Of a stretch of DNA of 64,000 nucleotides, positions 37,001-52,000 are shown in pieces. This DNA comes from Antechinus flavipes. Lineage: Eukaryota. Below the pieces are notes generated by a model. It was not told the origin of the DNA and did no database searches. It worked only from the letters and a program-made list of their open reading frames with translations. A program made the translations under genes and the position numbers. Positions within the stretch are counted from its first letter, which is position 1; each line of letters opens with the position of its first letter. Location: the NCBI RefSeq assembly GCF_016432865.1, contig NC_067399.1:514104001-514168000 (forward strand). Direction: 5' to 3'.

Positions 37001-40000
37001 ACACTACTGATCATTGTTTTACTGAATTACTACCTTTCTTTTCCTTGGCTTCAGTAACATGATATTTTCCTGGTTCTTCTACTTTTAATTTTTTTTCTTT
37101 AATTCATTTGCTAACTTCCTTAATATTTCCTTTAAGAATGTGTCCCTGATCTCTTCTCTCTACATGCTCTCCCTAAACAATTTAATTTCTAACCATTTAT
37201 CTATGCTTCGATGCTGTATGTGGTGGAGTCTCAAATCTATGCCTTAAATTTTGACCTTTCTTCCAAGATCTAGAGTCACACATCTCATTTTCTAGAGTTT
37301 ATTATTTCTAGTTAGCATCTTAACCTCAGCACATTCAAAGCCAAACTTTTCTTTTTACCCAAAACGGATCCCCCTTCTGACTTGCCTATTTCTGTAAATG
37401 GTACTTTCTCACTGCTTTATTCAAAACACTCAACTCTGAAACCATGGTGTCATTTAAAATCTCTGCCTTTCATTAACCACACAAATCAATTTTAAGATTA
37501 AGCTGATTCTATTTCCACATTATCTTTTACATTAGTTCTTCCTCTCATGAGTAGCTTACTGTTGAATATATACAGATGAGTAGCAATATCTGCTCAAGGG
37601 GCAGTACAAACTCAACCTCCATTTAGGGAAGGGGTACAGGATAGACATTTCATTCCCAACTATACTAATTTCACAATTCTTTGACTTCACCATATCCCAG
37701 GAAACCTCATTATTTATAAGTCTCATGATCTTGCAAGATTCAATCAGCCTTGATACTCACACTTCATCTGTCCTTGGGTTTGAAGGGTGGAATCATTAAC
37801 TCAACTCTCCTTCCTTGTCCCTTCCTCCAATATTCATTTTGAAGTTCTTTGACTTCACCATGCTCCTGCCCCAGTATCTTTCCCAGTGTTGTTGTTCTCA
37901 CCTCCTTTTATGTTTTTTAAGTTATCTCCCTCCATTAGATTGTTAAGTTCCTTAAGGGGAGGGACTGATCATTTTTTCTTCTTCTCTATTTGTATTCCCA
38001 GCTCTTAGCATAGTGACTGACATATTATTGGCATTTAATATTTATTGACTACAAACTGTATCCAAAGCAAGTGTCACCAAATCAACTTAGACTAAGGTAA
38101 AACATTCGTCCTCCCTCTAGCTGCTCTTTTTTGCCCTACTTATGATTCCACTCATATATATATCCTACAATCTCACTTTTGTGCCTTTCTTGTTTACTTT
38201 TCCAAAAATTTTCACCTGTGAAACCCTTGTCACCTTTTAAGATATATTTATAAAGTCTTTCCCCTTCCTTACCCTTTTTCGGACCCCAATCAAGAATTTA
38301 TTTTTGCTCTTAGAATCTCAAACATTATTTGGCTTATATCTTAAGAATTTGTCATGAATCATTTTATATTTTACTTTTATATCACAATTTCCTAGTTTGT
38401 GAGCTTCATGAGAGCAGATTTGTCATTTAATCTTTATATTTCCTTAACATTTAGCAAAGTATGTTGCACTTAGTGGGGTGCTTAATTATATTTGCTAAAC
38501 CTGAAGTCATTTATCTGTATCTTCATACAGCATTTTTATTCTCTTGGAAAGATGCATCAGGAGGTAGTTACCTGTCTCACCCTGGATGACCGTCTTTCTC
38601 CTTTTCTTGGTCTTTCATCATCAGATTCACCTTTCTCTTCAGAGATGGAACAGCTTTTTCCTATCAAAAGGAAAAATAAATGAGGTCAGGATCTTGTCAG
38701 GGACCTTATCCACTGTTGCTTTCCTTATAGAATTTAATTCTAACATGAAATCTATCCTGGCCAGATAGACGAAAACACTGATTTGTTACTTCAGTATGAA
38801 TACAGACTCTAGAAATCTGCTGCAAAAAAGTTTTAAGAGTTCTCTAATTGAGTTCTCATCTTTGTTTCCTATTGAACATTTAAAAAATATTCCCAAATCA
38901 ATTCAGGTTCTGTAAATAAGTCAAAGGATGTATGATCTAATTTCTATGGCTAGATGGTACAGTCGATAGAATTCTGGACCTGGATTCGGGAAAACTTGAG
39001 TTTAAATACTATCTTAAACACTTCCTAGATGTGTGATCCAGGGCAAGTCACTCAATCTTTGCTTGCCTCAATTTTCTCAGTTATAAAATGGCAATTATCT
39101 TGTGGAGATAAGGTGAAGGAGTCTTTAGATATTATCTACTATATGCCAGGCAGTATACTAAGAAAGGACTTAACCTAGTGCTTGCAGATAATAGGTACTA
39201 TTTAAAAGCTTACTCCCTCTTTCCTCTCTGGGCACTCCTTCCAATAATTTAAAGAAATCCACTCATGAGCCACCCGCTCATTTCCTGCTCATCCAACATG
39301 GTGGGGTGAGAGTGGGGGGTAGGGGGGAAGGGGAGGGTGTAAAGTGGGGAGGAAGAGATTGATTCCTCAGCATTATGTGGTTATCAGTGGAGGCCATGAG
39401 CTATCTATTAGTTATCCTTCCTTCACTCTCACTGGGTGATCAGCTTATCTTTGTTTCTAGTCATACATTTCTCTAAGTCATACATCTTTTATAACATTTC
39501 TCCTAAGTAATTCTTTAGCTGTAAAGCATGGCAACTTGTGATGGAAAGGTGATATGACCAAGCTGGGACACATTTAAAAACAAGCAATTCTGCTCTGCAA
39601 TTAACTCCAAAAAATATACATGAACTTCCAGAAAGTTTCCATTTGTTTTTCTTATTACTCAAAAACGCAAAATTTTCTCAATTTTACAAATCAATCTGCT
39701 ATTCCTGTGAACCTTTTGACTGCTAATTTGTTTTAAACAGATTGTCATAGCACATACATTTTTGCTTACATAGATCCACATAGATACCACACAGGATAAC
39801 CATCCTATATGTAGCTGACAAAAAAGTTCTTTCCTTTCCTAAGGAAATGTACTTTAGGCAAGTCATTTAACATTCTAGTTGGCCACCTGTTTCTTCATTT
39901 GTAAAATTAAAGGCTGGATTCAATTCAAATACCTCAAAATGTCAATATGGTACTAAGCTCCTTTGATAAGCTAGAATTACAAACACACCTAAGGAAACAG

Positions 40001-43000
40001 TATATTAAACAGTCCAAAGATAATTATATTCTAGGATGATAGTTAACTACCTTATTTCTATATCACTGCTGAGACTGAAAGTACTTTCCACACTAATGGT
40101 GGACAAACTTAAATCAATTAGCTTAAAGCAATCTTCTCAGTAGGGCAGAAAGTATTCTCCTTAACTCTTAAGTTCTTCTCTTTTCCTGATTTTATTGTCC
40201 TAACAACTTGACTAGAAGGCTTCTATTAGATTGGTGAGAATTTACTGAAGAATTCTTCTCTATGAGTTTTCTCAAGTAGGACTGATGCCAAATTTCACAA
40301 CAAGAAGAGACTAGGAACTTGTAGCCTCACACTACCTGCACCTAAAATTTCTAGGGTTAAGAAGAATGAATTGTGGTCAGACCCTGTGGGAGTCTAAGAA
40401 CCATCTGCTAGAGACCAATATTATTGGTGCTATGATAATTTTCAATGAAAACTCAGAATAATTTAAATTAGAAAATGACATCCAAGGCAATGCTACTGAA
40501 GTAGATAGCAAAGAAGCTGGCCATCTAATCAGTCCCTTTGTTAAGACCAAAAAGAATGTGTCATATCTATAAAGTTATGGAAAAGTACAAGGTCAACTAA
40601 CTACAACATATGAATTGAATACTAGATAGACTTAAATGTTAATATGTACATAATTGAGATTTGATAATTGACAAAAGAGAGGAAACCCATTTTCCCTCTT
40701 TATTTAGAAGAGGCAGATAGTTGGTACAGTGTATGTACTATTGGACTTAAGAGTCAGAAAGACCAGAACTCAATTCCATTCTTAGACACCTGCCTGGCCA
40801 AGTCATATAAACTTTATCTCAGTTTCCTCTCCTATAAAATGGGGATAATAGCACCAACCTCTCAAGATTAAAAAGTGCTTTACAAACCTTACAATGCTTT
40901 ATAAAAACTATGTTTTTTATGTAAGTTAAATAAGTTATTTTTTTTACCAAAATGTGTTACTGTTAAATTATACATCTATAAAATACTTCACAATTTAAAA
41001 AAATTCTTTCTTCTATCATATATTATCTCATTTAATCTTCCTAATGTTGTGATGACAGAGCAGATAGAAATTCCTCCTTTTCAGATCAGTAGCTGAAGTT
41101 GAGAGAGGTTGCATGACTTATCCAAGATCACATCCACTCTCCCATACACTAAGTGGCTGAGCTGAGCCCTAGAACTTGTCTTCTTATTCAATTTTGTGTG
41201 ACAACTCTGAACCTATAAAGTAAACATTGCAAAGACAGTCTCTGGCAGACGGGCACCAAAGTGAGGAGTTAAAAAGAAGCTGAAGAAGCAGCGGGGTCTG
41301 GTGACTTGCTAGTGACTGTACTGTACCAACAACTTGCCAGTTACCACTGGTCCACAAACTAACTGAAGCACTAGAAGCATCCCTCGAACAGAAACCAGGA
41401 ATCAAATGGTAAATTTAAAAGGGAGATGAGCTCAATGGGATGAGATAGGGAATTAAAAGATTGCTTCTGGAATGAGAAGGAACTTAGGGGCTTCACCTGG
41501 AAAAGATGGTCTGTCATAAGAACTGCCTGGGGCTGAGCTAGTCATGAGACTAGGATGAATGCCAGCTTAGAAAAAGGTGTGAGGAAGCTGAATGGTAACA
41601 AGGAGTAGAACCAGATTTAACAAGTAGTTGGTGAATATGCTGCAGAACAATCAAATAAAAGAAAAATGGGTCAGGAACATGGTGGGTCAGAATTTCTTGA
41701 AGTCTATGGAATTCAAAAAGAATTATTGTAATATTTTGTACTGTAATATTAGTGCAGTGACCTTTAAAAGCTGGGGAAAGAATCTTTGGGAATGGGAAAG
41801 GTAAATGATTTCTTAGCCAGTACAGGAATTAGACTGGCATTCATAGGAAGCAATGTGGTTAAATAACAGACAACTGAAAGACCCATAACTAGAAAAAAAA
41901 TAGGAAACAGGCCTGTGAAGCACAAAAATCTAACTAGATACTAGCAATAATGCCCACTGAAATCTATTTTAAGCAAGAAATTTAAGCAGTGTGGTCTAAC
42001 ATTCTCCAGCATTACCACCAATCAGGACTTAAAGAAATGAATAAAGCCCACATGTCTATGAAGCTATTTGGTAGTACAATCTGTCGCTTGCCTGCAGTTA
42101 AGAAAGCTACACTCTACAAATTTATAGCTTCATTATGTCTTTGTTTTATTTTTCTTTTATTTAAACTCAGGAAGACCCGAAACTGGCCACCAATGATTAC
42201 TGGCTATATGGCCCTAAGCAAGCCTTAATCTGTTTGTCTTTGTCTTCTCAACTAGAAAATAAGGATAATAAGAACACCTACTTTATATTATCGTATGAGT
42301 TTCATATGTGATAGTACTTAAACACAGTAGATGCTAAATAATTGCTTATTCCCTTATTTCTCCATATTGCCTGGGAAAAGTTCCTTCAGAAAAATTCCAA
42401 CCCTTTGTTAACTGAACTAAGCAAGGAAAAAGGGATTTTCTTATAAATCTTTATGATTTATAATCATAAAAAATGATTAGTAGGAAACAGAGAGAGAGAT
42501 CAGCTAGTTCAGAGACCACAACTACTTCTGAGGCATCATGAGAAAAATGTATTCCCTAAATATTCAGAAAATTTTTTGAGGAAGCAGGAGATAGGTAAAA
42601 ATCTAAGAGAGATTTACACCTTCAAAGTAAAAATTGAATTTTTTTAAAGAGGAGTTTCCCTTCTGTCAATAAAAAGCTATTTAAAAAAAAAAAAGAGGGG
42701 TTTCCCTTATAATATATACGCAGGAGATAAATGTCTGTATGCTGACAGCACCTAAATCAATATAACCTGATTAGCATATTGACAAACATCTGACTTTCTG
42801 ATGACAGTTAAGGGTTCAAATTATCAGAACGAAAAATATGAAGACTAAGTAAAAACTCATCGGATTGGTCCGTAAACTATATGTTTATTACAATGTATCT
42901 TTAAATCAAGACTCATCAAAAATTTCTGGAAATCTATACACAATCTCTATTATCAACAACTAAAATGTATTTTAAAAAATCTCTCTTGTGCCAGAGTTAC

Positions 43001-46000
43001 AATTTAAGACCTAAAAAAATCTATGTTCTGGATATATACCTGACATTAACACTGATTCCATCAGGAATTGTTAGAGCTTTACATTATTAATGCTTCATAA
43101 AAGATTTCTAACAAATTTATGTTCAGAGATAGTAATCTTACAGCTTGAAAGACAACTGAAAGAACTATTAGGAGTACCCTACCACTCACTACCAAATATA
43201 TATGTACTTCATTATTTGGCTCTCTTACTGATTCCTGGCTATCTTTTTTTTTTTTTTTTAATTAAGATTATACATATATATACATTTTTTACATATATCC
43301 ATATGAATCATGTTGGGAGAGGAAAATCAGAACAAAGGGAAAAAACATAAGAAAGAAAAAAGAGGAAAAAAAAAGATGAAAACAGTATGCTTCAATACAC
43401 ACTCAAGTCTTCATAGTTCCCTCTCTGGATGTGGATAGCATTTTCCATTCAAAGTTTACTGGAATTGCTTCGTATCACCGAATTGCTGAGAAGAGCTAAG
43501 TCTATCACAGTTGATCACCACACAATCTTGCTGTTGTTGCTTACAATATTTTCTGGTTCTGCTAGATCACTCAGCATAAGTTCAGTAAGTCTTTCCAGGC
43601 TTTTCTGAATTCTGGCTATATTTTTTTCCTCCACTAGTGATGACAAATATAGCCTAGCAGTGAAATCTCACCATTACACAATGCTAAAACCCTGATCTCT
43701 ACATCTTTTCTTGCTATTTTGTTCATTTTTATTATCATCATTATTTACTTAATATTTTATATTTCCAAGTTACATGTAAAACCATTTTTAACATTTGTTT
43801 TTAAAACTCCTGAATTCCAGATTCTTCCCCTTCCTCCCTTCCCATCCCCCTCCACCATTGAGAAGGCACATGAAGTTATGTAAAACATTTCCATAATGTA
43901 TTCCTTTTTATTCCAGAGCTTTTGCCTTTCATCTTTCACTTTCACCTCAAAAGCATAGTTGAAATGGATAGTATTCCAATGTGTTCACACCATTCATATA
44001 TTCAAAAAACTTTATTGACTCTCCAATATTCAAGAATAATTTTCTAGAGTAGTAGTAAGGTATAGATTTTGTAGTTCAGCATTAAAAACCTTTTACAATT
44101 TGATTTCAAATAATACTTCCAACTTTATCTCTTACTATTCCCCAAAACGAACCCTTTGCTCTAAACAAATTAGTTTATTTCATTTCCTGAAAATGCCTTG
44201 TACATTTCTACTTTCAATCTTTGTCATGACATTTTCCCTGGTTCTAACAATGCCCTCTAATTTTCTGCTATTCAAATTCTACCATGACCACTCTAACCCA
44301 CAGTGATTTCTCTTTCCTTCAACTTCCAATATTTTCTATTTCCATTTAGATGGACTTGCTTTATAAAGACTACTTTTATATGGGTTGTGTTTCCCCAGCT
44401 AGAACACTATATATGTTCTAGGAAGAGAGGGCCCATATGATATGCTTATTAAAAGAACAGCTCAATCTTCATATGTTTATGCTGCTTTTCTGGTTAGATA
44501 TATGACCCTGAAAAATTAGGATGATATGTTATATTGGTAATATAGAAGGTATTCAAGAAATATTTCAGAAATGACTAAGAAAGAGGAAGTTAGGAGTTCT
44601 TAGGAAAAACTAATTAGACCACCAAAATGGCTCATTAAAAATTCTAAGAGCAGTCTGGCAGAAATTAGGTTTAGACCAAGACACATATACCAGAATAAAG
44701 TCCAAATGAATATAAGCCCTAGAAGATTCATGAGCAGATAAGAGTTGGAGAGGATCAGACGAAAAAAATTGAAAATCATGATTGCATAAAATCTTCTACA
44801 CAAATTAATCAATAAAATTTAAAATGGAAGAGAAATTGAGGGGGAAAAGTCTTTATGCCAAGTTTCTCTATGGAAAGTCTGGTAGCTAATATGTATAAGA
44901 AATGGGCATGAAAAATTCTCCAACTTATTAATACTTAGAGAAATGCAAATTAAAATCTCTCTTAAGATTCTACTTCATACCTATCAGATTGGCAAAGATG
45001 TCCAAAAAAAAAAAAAAAAAAAAGGGAAACAACTGCTAGAATAGTTGTGAAAAGATGGGCACATTGATATATTACTGATTGAGTCATGAATTGGTCCAGC
45101 AATTCTGGAAAGCAATATGGAACTTTATCTGTATGTACAGTGTGCATACATATTCTTTGACATAGTGATACCATTAGTAAGTCTATGTCCCAGAGAGATC
45201 AGAAAAGAACTTATGGGTTATAAAAATATTCACAGCAGCTCTTGTTGCAGGCAAAGAACTGGATCCTAAGAGAATGGCTATCAAGTGAGGAAAGGTTGAA
45301 CAAATTAAAAACTCCTAAGAAATAAAAAAGGAGATGGTTTCAGAGAAATATAGGAAAATATGAACTTATATACAAAGTCAAGTAAACAGTACCAGGAGAA
45401 CAATTTTATATAGTTAACAACAACACTGAAAAGAAAAACAACTCTGAAAGATTTAAGAATTTGTCAATGCACTCACTGGATCACTCATGATTCCAGAGGA
45501 ACCAAATTTGAAACATGGTACCTACCTATTAAAAAAACTGCTGACTCGGGTGCAGAGTAAGACATGTTTTTGTACAAGGAAAATATGAATTTGTTGCCTG
45601 AGTATGCTTTTTTGTTACAACAGTTGTATTTTCCTTTATTTTTTCCAATAAAAGAGGAGGTTAAGAGGAAAAGGTTGCTAGCAATAATGTTACTCTCAAA
45701 AAAAGAAAAAAGATCATTGAAGCATTTCAAAAAATGCAGAGAACAAAAAGAAGTTCAGAAGGAAGCACAGACCAGACAAGGAGGATGGTTATAAAAGTAA
45801 CATGCTTAATTTATTATATACCTTTAAAAAAAAACGAGTTGTATGTTTTAAAGATTTGCAGTCTCATATATAATCCTTTTCTGTTTTGCTTTCTTCATGA
45901 AAATATTGTTTTTCATGTTTAAGTTTAGAATTTTAAAAAATTTTTTAAAGGAACAAGAGACTCAACAAAACATTTAAAAAGAAAAAAAATTCTATGTATG

Positions 46001-49000
46001 ATTTAGAAGACAGTTACTTCCATTTGAAAGACTTCAGTTAAAAGTACAGTATGATCAAGGATAAAAGTTAGCAAATAAGAAGAGCCTAGGATTTTAAAAT
46101 AACCTATTAAGTTGTCAAAAGAACTGCTTTCAAATTGAGCTAAATTGTGGGATATGAGCTGTTCAGAAAACTAAGCTCTTAAGTTGGCTTTAAAATGACA
46201 GATGTTTAGCTAAATTTTAATTACCAATAAGAAACAATGGTTGTTGCTGGCTTAGAGGCTCTTTTAATATTCTTTCTACTTCTATAGCAGATTTTTCTTT
46301 AAATCAGTGTTTTATCTTTGCAGTGTCCTTTCCTTCTTCTAGTCTACCAAACATTCTCATAGTTAAAAAATTCCTAAAATCTTACTTCCATGAAACCTTC
46401 TTAGACCAGAAGACTAGGCTATTTCCCATCACTTTATCTAATCTAAAACCAATTAACTTTTATTTAGCATTTTGAGGTTTGAAAAAATATTTTGTTCATT
46501 ACAAATCTGTGAGGCATTTCACAGATGAGAAAGGTAAGACTTGGAAAAAGTTGAACGACTTTCTCTTAATCACATAGTTGATTAAATGTCTCCAGAAAGA
46601 TGCAAATTCAAATCTTTTAAGCTAAATTTTAAGTTGAGGGTCTTATCCATTGTACCATACATAGAACTCCCTTACTAATTTTTCCTACTATTATCTCTTT
46701 GACTTATGTTCATTGTTATTCAGTTGTGTCTTCATGAATGCACGGGGGATTCTCCTGTTTTGTCCTTTCTTTCTCCAGCTCACTTTACAGATGAGGAACT
46801 AAGGTAAACAGGGTTAAGTGACTTGTCCAGGGACACACAGCTGTGTCTGATAAATGTCATATTTGAACTCAGATGATTCTTCCCAATTCCAAGCCCAATG
46901 ATCCATCCATTGCACACAATCTATCCTTAGATACACTTGACCAAGTTTTACATAAAATGCTAATATTTTACTATTCACATATTAGTTTTTTATATTATTA
47001 TTTATATATACCTTATACCCCTGGGTTATCATGAAAGCATTTATCTTTAACTGCCAACATACATAGTTGGAAAGGACCAGGCTTAAATAACTGTTCATTG
47101 ATAGCATTTAATTTGGTACAAGATACACAATGAATTCTGATGACATTAATAATGATGGTGAAAACTCAGAAAACTACTACAAGATACTTATTGGGAAGGA
47201 AAGCTGGATATGAAGTGACAGGTAAGAGCTAGTTCTAGCAGTATTGCTATGATTACTAATTAAATTCAGGATAGAGGTGGCTAAGTAAGAAGAGATGATT
47301 TATTTTTAAAAATACATACACCCAAAACTTTAAAAAGTAAAACAGAAATAAAATAAAAACAGAATCAAAGGGATACCAATTCTATGAGATATGAGATATA
47401 GTAAACAGAGGTCAATACCACAGAATTTCTCTGCAATTATCATGAAGCCTTACAAAAAAAGGAGGGACAATAACCTCAGCTCCATCAGCTTCACAGTGCA
47501 GAGGGGAAGGACAGATACTAGCTGAGTGTCTACTGACCTCTAGGTCTGGTGTCTCCAGGCTGCCCTGAATAACAGAAGACAGCAAGGAAACCACTCCCTC
47601 AGGATGGATCATCTTGTTCTCTGACTAGGCTGAGACTTCTACAAAGCACAAAAGGGGAGGGGGGGGGGTAGGGAGAGGAAGGGAGGGAAGCAGAGCTCAA
47701 CATGTAGAAATGAAGTGAAGGGCAGAAAACTATAAACACAATCTCTCTGTCTCTCTCTGATACACACGCCCTCCTCTCAATCTACCTAGCAGACATCTTT
47801 CATTCCAGATCTATCTGCTAGATGGAATGATTCCAATGAAAATAAGTCAACTCAAGCTTCTTTCTCTGACAAAAAGTGAGTGGTTAGCCCCATGGGTCAA
47901 GAGAGACAAAAAGTAGCAATTCCAACCTGAAATACTTATTAGTGAGGCAGCATTGTCAGAAAAACCTATGGATATGAAAAACTCATTCTCTTTTATCTCC
48001 TAGAAAAGGAAGAGGCTGACAATCTAAGGCAGGGATCCTCAAACTTTTTTTAAAAAGGGGACCAGTTCACTGTCCCTCAGACTGTTGGAGGGCCGGACTA
48101 TAGTAAAAACAAAAATTTTGTTTTGTGGGCCTTTAAATAAATTTCATAGCCCTGGGTGAGGGGGATAAACATCCTCAGCTGCCACATCTGGCCCACAGGC
48201 TGTAAGTTTGAGGACCCCTGATCTAAGGTTACCTTCAAGTTCTGCAGCTTCTCGAGCTTCTCGTTCCAGTCGCTGTCTGAGAAGTTCCTGCTGTTTTTCC
48301 AGATATTGCTTTATAAAGCTATTCTGGCTCATCTCCTCACCAATCTGTAAAAAGCAACAGAAAGAATAAGAATCTCAGAGTACAACACAAGAAAATAAAA
48401 CAGGAAGAAAGTACAATGGAAGAAACATCTAATAAAATATGAAAGGCTATGTGTCTCACAAGGTAGCAATAGAAGGAATTATGTGAAACTCTTAATTCTA
48501 ACCCTCCAGTTCAAACTAATGCAATCCAACTTGATGTTTTATCCTACATAAATGTTAACAAGAGTTGTGGTTTAAAAGATTGTACATGTTTATTAATCTT
48601 TATCAGAGTGCTTGTGAGTAATATTCTCTCTAAAATGTAATATTCTCTGTTGAGATTTTCTTGGGGTCTCTGGGAGCAGCCTTCATTTCAGTTCAGTAAT
48701 CACCACACGAGTAGATAAGGGTTAAAGTCCAAATCCTTTATTGTCTCTTTCAAAATCTTATCTCCTTCACTTGGGGTTCGGCTTGTTTTCTGAGGGCCTT
48801 CCAGAATCTTGGTTTCAGTGGAGAAGTGAAGGAGGAGAGCCTGTCACCAAGGTGGTGTGAGATGGGATGAATTTGTCTGAGTCCAAGGGATTGTGCTTTC
48901 CAGCCTGTCCATCTATGTGCTAAGTAAATTTAGAATTCAGCTTTTTGGGGGCAATTTTTGGCAAAATTACTGAAAACTAACAATTTAAGGCCCTTTAAGA

Positions 49001-52000
49001 CCATCTTTCTTTGCTCTTCTACTATCTTCTATGAACCTTTTTTTTTTTTTTTTTTTTTTTTAAAGAAAAGACGTCAATGAAGAAACAAAACTTTAAAAGT
49101 TTGTGCCTTTATATAGCTTTATTATTTCACAAAGCCTGGATCTTAGGTAGAGATCAGAAGATTTATAAAGAATTTAAGCCCATGTTTGTAAAAACAGAGC
49201 TGCTAGGTTGGAAACACTACAACATTTGAGCATGGTTTAGCCTGGGCCAGTTTATTAGGCTTATTAAAGTACCTGGACTAAAGCTTTGTAAACTAGCAGG
49301 ATTAAGGAAGTGTCTCGCTTAATGAGGAGATAACAAGAGAAAGGTGGGGCCTCGGTGGAGTTTGTTTTTCCCTAGTATCCTGGGACCTAATCTAACAGCG
49401 AAACTAAATGTTCAAAATAAGAGAGGACTGTGTTTGTCCTTTAATGTTCTGCTATAGAACCAGACTATCAGAATTGAAAGGAACTTTTACAGATTTAAAT
49501 ACAGTTCATCTCTTTTTAGAGATTAAAAAAATGGAGATCCAAATAGCTTTGATGACTTCTCCAAAATCACATAACCAAACAACAGCAAGCTTCTACTATG
49601 TGCTAAGCACTATGCTAAGAGCTGGGGATACAAAAAAAGCAAAAGACAATATCGGCAAAAAGCAAACTACATATAGAATAAACAGGAGATATTAAAAGAA
49701 AAAGACAATGGAATTAAGAGGGATTGGGGAAAGCTTCTTGTAAGTGAGGTTTTAGTTGGGACTTAAATGGAAGCTACAGAGGTCAAGAGTGTTTTCAGAC
49801 ATGGGTGATAGCCAGAAAGAATGAATGCCTGGAGCTAGGAGATGGAGCGTCTCATTTGTGGAACAGGCAAAAGGCCAGTATCACAACTAATTGTATCCAG
49901 AAGGAAAAGGATTAAAACTTATTTTTTCAAATTTAAATGATCTACAAGGCTCTTATTAAGAGGGTGAAATTAGTGGGTACCTAGTTCTGGCTACCATTTA
50001 TAATTCTACATATAAGCTTATAATTCTATAAGCTTGTTTGCCCAAACTATTCTAACAAAGTGTCCATTTCAAATTTATATCCAGTATCATCATGATAATT
50101 TTTTTTTTTACTCTTAGGTGGAAAATAGATGCTCTGACATTCTGAACCCACCCTAGGTGAGGCATTCCTCTTAACACAATTCTATTAAACCCATATGTGA
50201 ATCTCAGAAAGTAACATGACAGCTCTTTTCCTTAGGATCTTGTAAATGACTGAAATGAACTAAAGAATTCAATAGCTTTAGGAGAGAATTATGTGAACTA
50301 GGAAGGATTTCAATAATAAAAATTTCAGGCACTGGTATCTTCATATTTACATCAGCAGCCCACTATTATTAAATGAAACCTTTCTCTTACCTGTGAATTT
50401 GGCTGGAATGCAGTGTGAGGTGTTGAGTGTTTTTGTAAATTCTCCAGCATTAGAGCCTGGGATAAAGACAGAAGAAACTCAGAATCGCAAAAAAGTCAAA
50501 CCCTCTCCCTCCATCCCCTTTTCCAAAAGAAAAACTAACCATATACATTCAAATTAAGCTTCTTTTTCAAGGACTTCAAAGTCCTTTATTAATATTGCTT
50601 TCATTCAGTGTCAGAGGAACCATAAGGGCAGCCATGCCAATTGTCCTCAACATACAGATGCAAAAACTCAGAAATACATAAATTAAAGCCAGCTGGGCTC
50701 CTGTCCAAAAAAAACAAAAACAAAAACAAAAACAAAAACAAAAACAAAAACAAAACAAACAAACAAAAGCCAGTGACAGATTAGGATTCTTAGTTATTCT
50801 GCCTTTAGCTTCTACTATTCTCAAATCTGGCCATTTCTGGCCATCACATCAATTCAAAGATTAAAACTTCCCTTAGAGCTCCAAATTAATGCTTAATTGC
50901 TGTTCTTATTTTGACATTGAGCTGATAGATTAATAGAGCACAAGCTCTTTGAGATGGGCTTGTACAGTAGCGAATTCAAGACTAAGTGCTTTATAATTCT
51001 TTCCAATGAAGAGGTGTACATGCCCAAATAGCTAATTAAAAACAATAAAATAAATAAATAATACACTTAAGCCAATTTGGTTTATCACAACTGCAAGTTG
51101 GTTTGACTAAACCCATGAAAGAGAACAATCCTTATTAATCCTAGATCCAACAACCCAATCCCCAAAACTATGTTCCCCAGACAACACAACCTCAAGGCCA
51201 AGGCCAAACAATCTGTCAAGTCAAACCCATTACTCCTTGTAAAATGTTAACCCTACCCCAATTCAAACACTGACATTATCTTCTAATTCAACTACTCCAA
51301 ATCTATATCTTTATCAATTAAACTACCTAATGGCAATCCCTCACTGATTACCAATTTTCAATATTATCTACTCAAATCAATCATACCCAAGGTCTTCGAA
51401 ACCACACTAACCGGTCTTGTTTCCTCCACTGATGACAACTCTACCTCAATTGGGACCCCCATAAACAAATAGCCCACAACCAGCCAAGCCCCTTTTCCAG
51501 TTTTTTCCTTCACTTCATTCTCCAATATAATTAACCCCTTCAGTGCCAACCTAAACAAGCCCCAGTTCCTATCTACCTTCTTAGTCTGACCCGGTCTTCC
51601 CGATAACAACCCCAACCGCCACTTTGCCCAACTATCCCTCTAACTCTGAGTCCTCCTCCCCCCCCCAACCCCCTCCCCTCGTCGCCAACCCCCGCCTTCC
51701 CACGGGTCAATAACACTAGTGGTGGTGGTGGGATTTAACTCCTGCCGCGCATGCGCCGGAACCACAGACACAAACAAGGAGGGGGTGGGGGAGGAGGAAG
51801 CGCAAGACACTCTAGGGAAAGCAGCGCGCACCCTCCCGTTTCGAGCTCGCGTTGCTGCCGTTAAAGGCGGGAACCGGCACGGGCTCCCTTCCAGCACGAG
51901 CCCCACCAACCACCGCGCGCGCGGATCCAGAGGCTCGCGCTGGCGGCCTGAGCGAGCTCGCGCCGAGCCCGGATACTGCGCCTGCGCCGCCGCCGCGGCT

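Noticed and set aside
51100-51700. Possible NUMT (A/C-rich like the mitochondrial L-strand)
   Set aside because: No recognisable mitochondrial gene or tRNA; explained by transcription-linked skew.
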